A stretch of DNA of 15,086 nucleotides from Candidatus Odinarchaeota archaeon (lineage in GTDB: Archaea; Asgardarchaeota; Odinarchaeia; Odinarchaeales; Odinarchaeaceae): NCBI GenBank assembly GCA_038826135.1, contig JAWBON010000029.1, positions 1 to 15,086 of the forward strand, given 5' to 3'. The notes under the pieces were generated by a model. It saw only the letters and a program-made list of their open reading frames with translations, was not told where the DNA came from and did not search any database. The position numbers and the translations under genes were made by a program. Positions 14,302-15,086 of the stretch are shown piece after piece (positions within the stretch are counted from its first letter, which is position 1; each line of letters starts with the position of its first letter).

Positions 14302-14308
14302 TTTTTTT
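14302..14308 (+). terminator. Oligo-T terminator after the methyltransferase
   Basis: T7 tract in the convergent gap between the MTase and ICMT-family genes. Confidence 0.4.
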
Positions 14309-14311
14309 CAG

Positions 14312-14893
14312 CTATTCTTCCAAGATTTTGCTATCAGACGGTTGTTTTTCATCCTCAGGATTATGCCAGACTTTACCCGGGTAAGGTATTATAAACGGGA
14401 CTTTCCTCATATATTTAATATACTCTGAGCCGAATCTTTTAATCAACCTAGGTTCTTCAACTGTTTTCAACCATATAATCATTATAGTGAAAATAATCAG
14501 AGTGATGAAAACAGTCATCCCTATTGATCTGAATAATAAACCCATACCGGCTGGAAGCATACAGTACCCTAGGGTCATAGGATGCCTTATACGCGAGTAT
14601 AAACCAGTTCTCACCAGCCTCTTAGTGCTATCCTCTTTCACCAGCTCCCCCCAGGGGAGTCCTTTACCGTTTTTAAGAAGTGTCAGAGTAGCTTTTCTCC
14701 CAATAGCTATACCAGTAATTAAAACAGTTAAGCCGAATATAATATTAAGCGGAAAGGGAGGCCAGCTTGGTAATCCTAAAAGTATATCGAAACCCCAACC
14801 TCCGAAAAATGTTATCAAAGGAAAGAATACGATGAAAAGCAGTGAATAACCGCAAAGCGTTTTTCTTTTAATTTTCGGAATAGAATTAGACAT
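14312..14893 (-). CDS. Isoprenylcysteine carboxylmethyltransferase (ICMT/PEMT) family membrane methyltransferase
   Basis: Four hydrophobic segments; LVRTGLYSRIRHPM and EEPRLIKRFGSEYIKYMRKVPFIIP signatures. Start placed at ATG 14893 behind SD-like GGTGTG. Confidence 0.85.
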   Translation of the reverse strand: MSNSIPKIKRKTLCGYSLLFIVFFPLITFFGGWGFDILLGLPSWPPFPLNIIFGLTVLITGIAIGRKATLTLLKNGKGLPWGELVKEDSTKRLVRTGLYSRIRHPMTLGYCMLPAGMGLLFRSIGMTVFITLIIFTIMIIWLKTVEEPRLIKRFGSEYIKYMRKVPFIIPYPGKVWHNPEDEKQPSDSKILEE

Positions 14894-15086
14894 AAAAGGC
14901 ACACCAAATTACAGAAATTAAAAACAATTTCACACTAATTAATCTATCTATTAAAGAAAACAAGTTAATTTTTTTAAAAAATTAAAAATATAAAATAGTT
15001 CAAAGATTTTACCTATTTCATTTTCAACACATGTTTAATAGGTTACCTGTATTTCGATATCATGACTGGTAACATCCGGTCTCCCT

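Noticed and set aside
1324-14849. Short track ORFs overlapping longer genes (1324..1509, 2452..2637, 5593..5799, 6190..6375, 8649..8933, 8713..8925, 8968..9189, 10489..10671, 11085..11306, 11334..11633, 13659..13841, 13881..14063, 14487..14849)
   Set aside because: Each lies wholly or partly over a well-supported gene in another frame or strand, with no recognisable motif.
15035-15086. Possible 3' end of a minus-strand gene entering from the right edge (GRPDVTSHDIEIQVTY* or GDRMLPVMISKYR*)
   Set aside because: Too short to choose a frame or assign a product.
1-15086. CRISPR array, IS element/transposase, integrase, rRNA
   Set aside because: No regularly spaced repeats, terminal inverted repeats, recombinase motifs or rRNA-like segments were seen by eye.

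Overview
AT-rich archaeal chromosomal window. Archaeal origin is supported by a BHB-intron tRNA, MptA, archaemetzincin, GGTGA-type Shine-Dalgarno motifs and oligo-T terminators; an Asgard-like host is only an inference from the PCI-like protein and overall gene content. From 5' to 3' it holds: a truncated membrane protein with a PCI-like winged helix (not in the ORF track); an ArsB/NhaD-type permease; DUF763; two tandem membrane-anchored M23-peptidase-like paralogues; an atypical HhH-GPD/EndoIII-like Fe-S protein followed by DUF1848; a 53-aa CxxC-x17-CxxC zinc protein (not in the track); an aldo/keto reductase with a 2x[4Fe-4S] tail; archaemetzincin; a secreted post-COAP-1-like protein; GTP cyclohydrolase MptA; a 34-aa single-TM ORF (not in the track) in frame behind a SWIM zinc-finger gene; a COG2509-type FAD oxidoreductase; tRNA-Pro(CGG) with two non-canonical introns (D-loop and T-loop); an MNT-HEPN toxin-antitoxin pair; an orphan beta-class N4-cytosine methyltransferase; and an ICMT/PEMT-family membrane methyltransferase. 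The best leads are the duplicated surface M23 enzymes sitting inside a candidate uncharacterised DNA-repair cluster, the doubly interrupted tRNA, and the three genes missed by the ORF track. All family calls come from motif recognition by eye; no database searches were run.
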